A DNA stretch of 64,000 bases from Octopus bimaculoides (Eukaryota), in assembly GCF_001194135.2 (NCBI RefSeq), contig NC_068990.1, positions 47,822,716 through 47,886,715 on the forward strand, written 5' to 3'. Position 1 is the first letter of the stretch. Each line of letters begins with the position of its first letter. Made by a program: the position numbers and the translations under genes. The notes beneath the pieces are model-generated. The model made no database searches. It was not told the DNA's origin and worked only from the letters and a program-made list of their open reading frames with translations. Positions 61,680 to 64,000 of this stretch are shown here, one piece after another.

Positions 61680-64000
61680 GATGTCAAGAACCCTCCTAAG
61701 TATACTAGCTGTTCTTAATAACACTGTTTTCTGGAGCAGTACTCGACTGGGTTTTATGCCTATTTCCTCTATCCATCTGTTCACATTTTAGGGATAGTTC
61801 CTAATGTATCTATAACTACTGGGATAAATCTTACCTCCACTTTCCATAGTCTCTAGAATTCAATGGATAAGTCCTGGTACTTTGCTATTTTTTCTATACC
61901 TCTCATATTGATTTTTTCATTATTTGGGATTGTAAAGACAAATATCTGGCATTTTTAAAATTCTCTTTATCTATTACTACTAAATCAGGTCATTTAGCTG
62001 CTATTACTCAGTCAGTCTGAATGTTAAGGTCCCACAACATTTTATATTCTTTACTTTCTAGTGCTTTACTAGGTCCATGTTCATACCATTTATCAGTATG
62101 ATCAAATTCTAGCTTTCTACATAACTCCCAGTGAATTACTCTCCCTAGGTTGTCATGTCTTTTCTTGTATTCCTTCTGTGTCAGTATGCTACATTCACTT
62201 ACTATATGAGTAACACTTTCCTCTTTTTATTTGCATAACCTACATTGGGGACCTACTTGGTTTTTGTCTATCTTGGCTGTTATCCAATTAGTCCTTAATG
62301 CTTGATCGTGTGCCACTACTAACAAACTTCTGTCTCCTTTTTCAGCCTTCCTTTCTGCAACCATAACCATGTCTCACTACTACTATTTGCTGCTATTATC
62401 TTTGGGAATCTACCATGCAAGCCCTTCTCTTGCCAGTCAGATAACTTTCGTTGTTTTTTCTGGGTTTCAACGTCGTTTGGGCTTTTGGTTTACCTACGTC
62501 TTGTGACTCTAGCAGCTCTTAATAAACTTTCTTCACTATTACCTACTCAAGCTAACTCCATGCAGTCTTCTAAGGACATTAACTCTCTTCCACTTTCCTT
62601 TCTAGGTAAGTATAATCTTGCTACCCCTGCCCTTGGGTAGAGTCCCCATTCATATTGAATTCCTTCCTAGTTCTTCTGTCTAGCTTTGCTAATTCAGTTT
62701 TTGTTCAATCTACTAGAACTGCTGAGTATGTATGTAATGATACTAACCAAGTATTTACTGCCTTTATAAAATTCAGACCATTTAGCTTTGACTTCATTAG
62801 CTTCCTCACCCTTCTGATGTACTCCTCAATTTTCATTTTCATTCCTATAGTTAGTAATCTGTTAGATTCTAATACTCTTAGATACTTATAACTCTCTCCT
62901 TCTATCAATAATTTTGATATATGGCCGTTTAGCCATATATGACTAATATTGCCCACTCATCTATGCCAAATTTCATGTCTACATCTTTGCTGAAGAGTTT
63001 TACAGTCTGTATTAAGAAATCTGTCACTTTTTCATTCTTACTAAAAAGCTCCAGATCAACCATGTAGAGCAAATGGTTAGCTTTTCCCTTACTATTTCTG
63101 AACTGACGCCCTATCTTTGCCTTCCTTAATACTAAACTAAGGAGAATCAAACATAAAACAAATATGAAAGAGGATAATAAGTCTCCTTGCAAAATTCCTC
63201 TCTTGGTATTAATTTTCCCTAAGACTGTGTCACCTGAGTAGAGATCTACTTTCCATTTCTTCATGCTAAAGCTAATTAATGCTCTTATGTTGTCTGCTAT
63301 AGAGAATATACTCAAACATTCACTTACCATGAATGTGGGATTATGTCATAGACTTTCTTATAATGTATTCATGCTATTGTTAGATTTTTCTTTCTAGATT
63401 TTGCTTCATTTAGAACTGCTTTGTCTAAGTATAATAGACCATGAGCTCTTTCTGCAACCTTTCTGTTTTTCTGACAGTAAATTCTGGTTGTCAAGGTGCT
63501 CGTAAATGTTTTCTACTTACCACACCAATGGTAAGCAAGTGATTGGTCTATGGTTGTTAATTGTATTACCCTTACTTTTGTCTTTCATAAGGAGTACTGT
63601 TCTTCTTCTAGTCATCCAATCTGGTTGTGGTATGACGTCAGTGTCTGGGGAGGCTGACCGGAAGGGCGAGTCGACCGGAAGGGGAAAAGGGCAGAGGGAG
63701 CCTCGATCGGCATTCGTGCCCTTTTCGAACGGGGCTGCGGTCAGGACAAGACGTGTTAAGCGACGGTCTAGGTTTGGGAGAAGCAGCTGCTATTCCTGGT
63801 GTACTTTGGGTCGGGGCAAGCTTCAAGGATCGGATACCGCAAGACGGACTCGCAGTCGAGGAAAGGAAAACCGAGGTAAGGCGATTACATCTACTCGTAC
63901 GCACACACCACACTGGTATTATTCCTTCTGTTAGTACTTTTTAATACTGGCAATCTTTTTCTTACTTCTTTATTCATTACTTCCTGCAACTCATCTAAAA
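61680..64000 (-). mobile_element. R4/Dong-like LINE, fourth family, interrupted by a solo LTR
   Basis: [72 protein letters not shown]. Confidence 0.85.
63626..63912. mobile_element. Solo LTR (287 bp) with 5-bp target-site duplication
   Basis: Ends TGTGGT...ACCACA (short inverted termini). TSD ctggt at 63621-63625 and 63913-63917. The flanking LINE reading frame (EGII/PDW) resumes across it. Strongly GC/CpG-rich relative to its surroundings. Confidence 0.85.

Noticed and set aside
63500-63944. CpG-island promoter or first exon of a host gene (ORFs 63506-63934, 63638-63913)
   Set aside because: The GC-rich part is bounded exactly by TG..CA termini and a TSD inside a LINE, so it is an inserted element.
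48051-64000. Fifth SLC22-like exon (expected to start with an E-x-x-G-x-x-x-R motif)
   Set aside because: No AG-bounded segment with that signature found; the sequence is accounted for by repeats.

Overview
Eukaryotic, AT-rich, repeat-saturated draft-assembly window with seven N gaps. The SINE and LINE repertoire looks like an octopus (coleoid cephalopod) genome; that assignment is from recall of the repeats and was not checked. The only host gene I can support is the 5' part of an SLC22-family organic cation/anion transporter on the + strand. Four coding exons (22608-22750, 36937-37111, 46940-47043, 47896-48050) splice in frame into about 192 aa, and the gene continues past the window. Everything else is decayed mobile DNA: hAT, Tc1/mariner, Gypsy, RTE, CR1-like, Penelope-like, R4/Dong-like and L1/Tx1-like elements, SINEs and microsatellites. 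Most interesting: (1) 9.6-17.9 kb is a nest of ORF1-only (HAL1-like) Tx1 derivatives of two families, whose 3' ends share a TGTCCC-N23-25-AATAAA signature with an ORF2-bearing Tx1 LINE and a tRNA-type SINE; (2) a Penelope GIY-YIG domain carries an in-frame 184-aa low-complexity insert between its two catalytic motifs and is followed by a hammerhead-like ribozyme; (3) several R4/Dong families are stacked on (AAT)n tracts in the SLC22 intron; (4) a young CpG-rich solo LTR with a 5-bp TSD. No CRISPR, rRNA or bona fide tRNA genes were seen.
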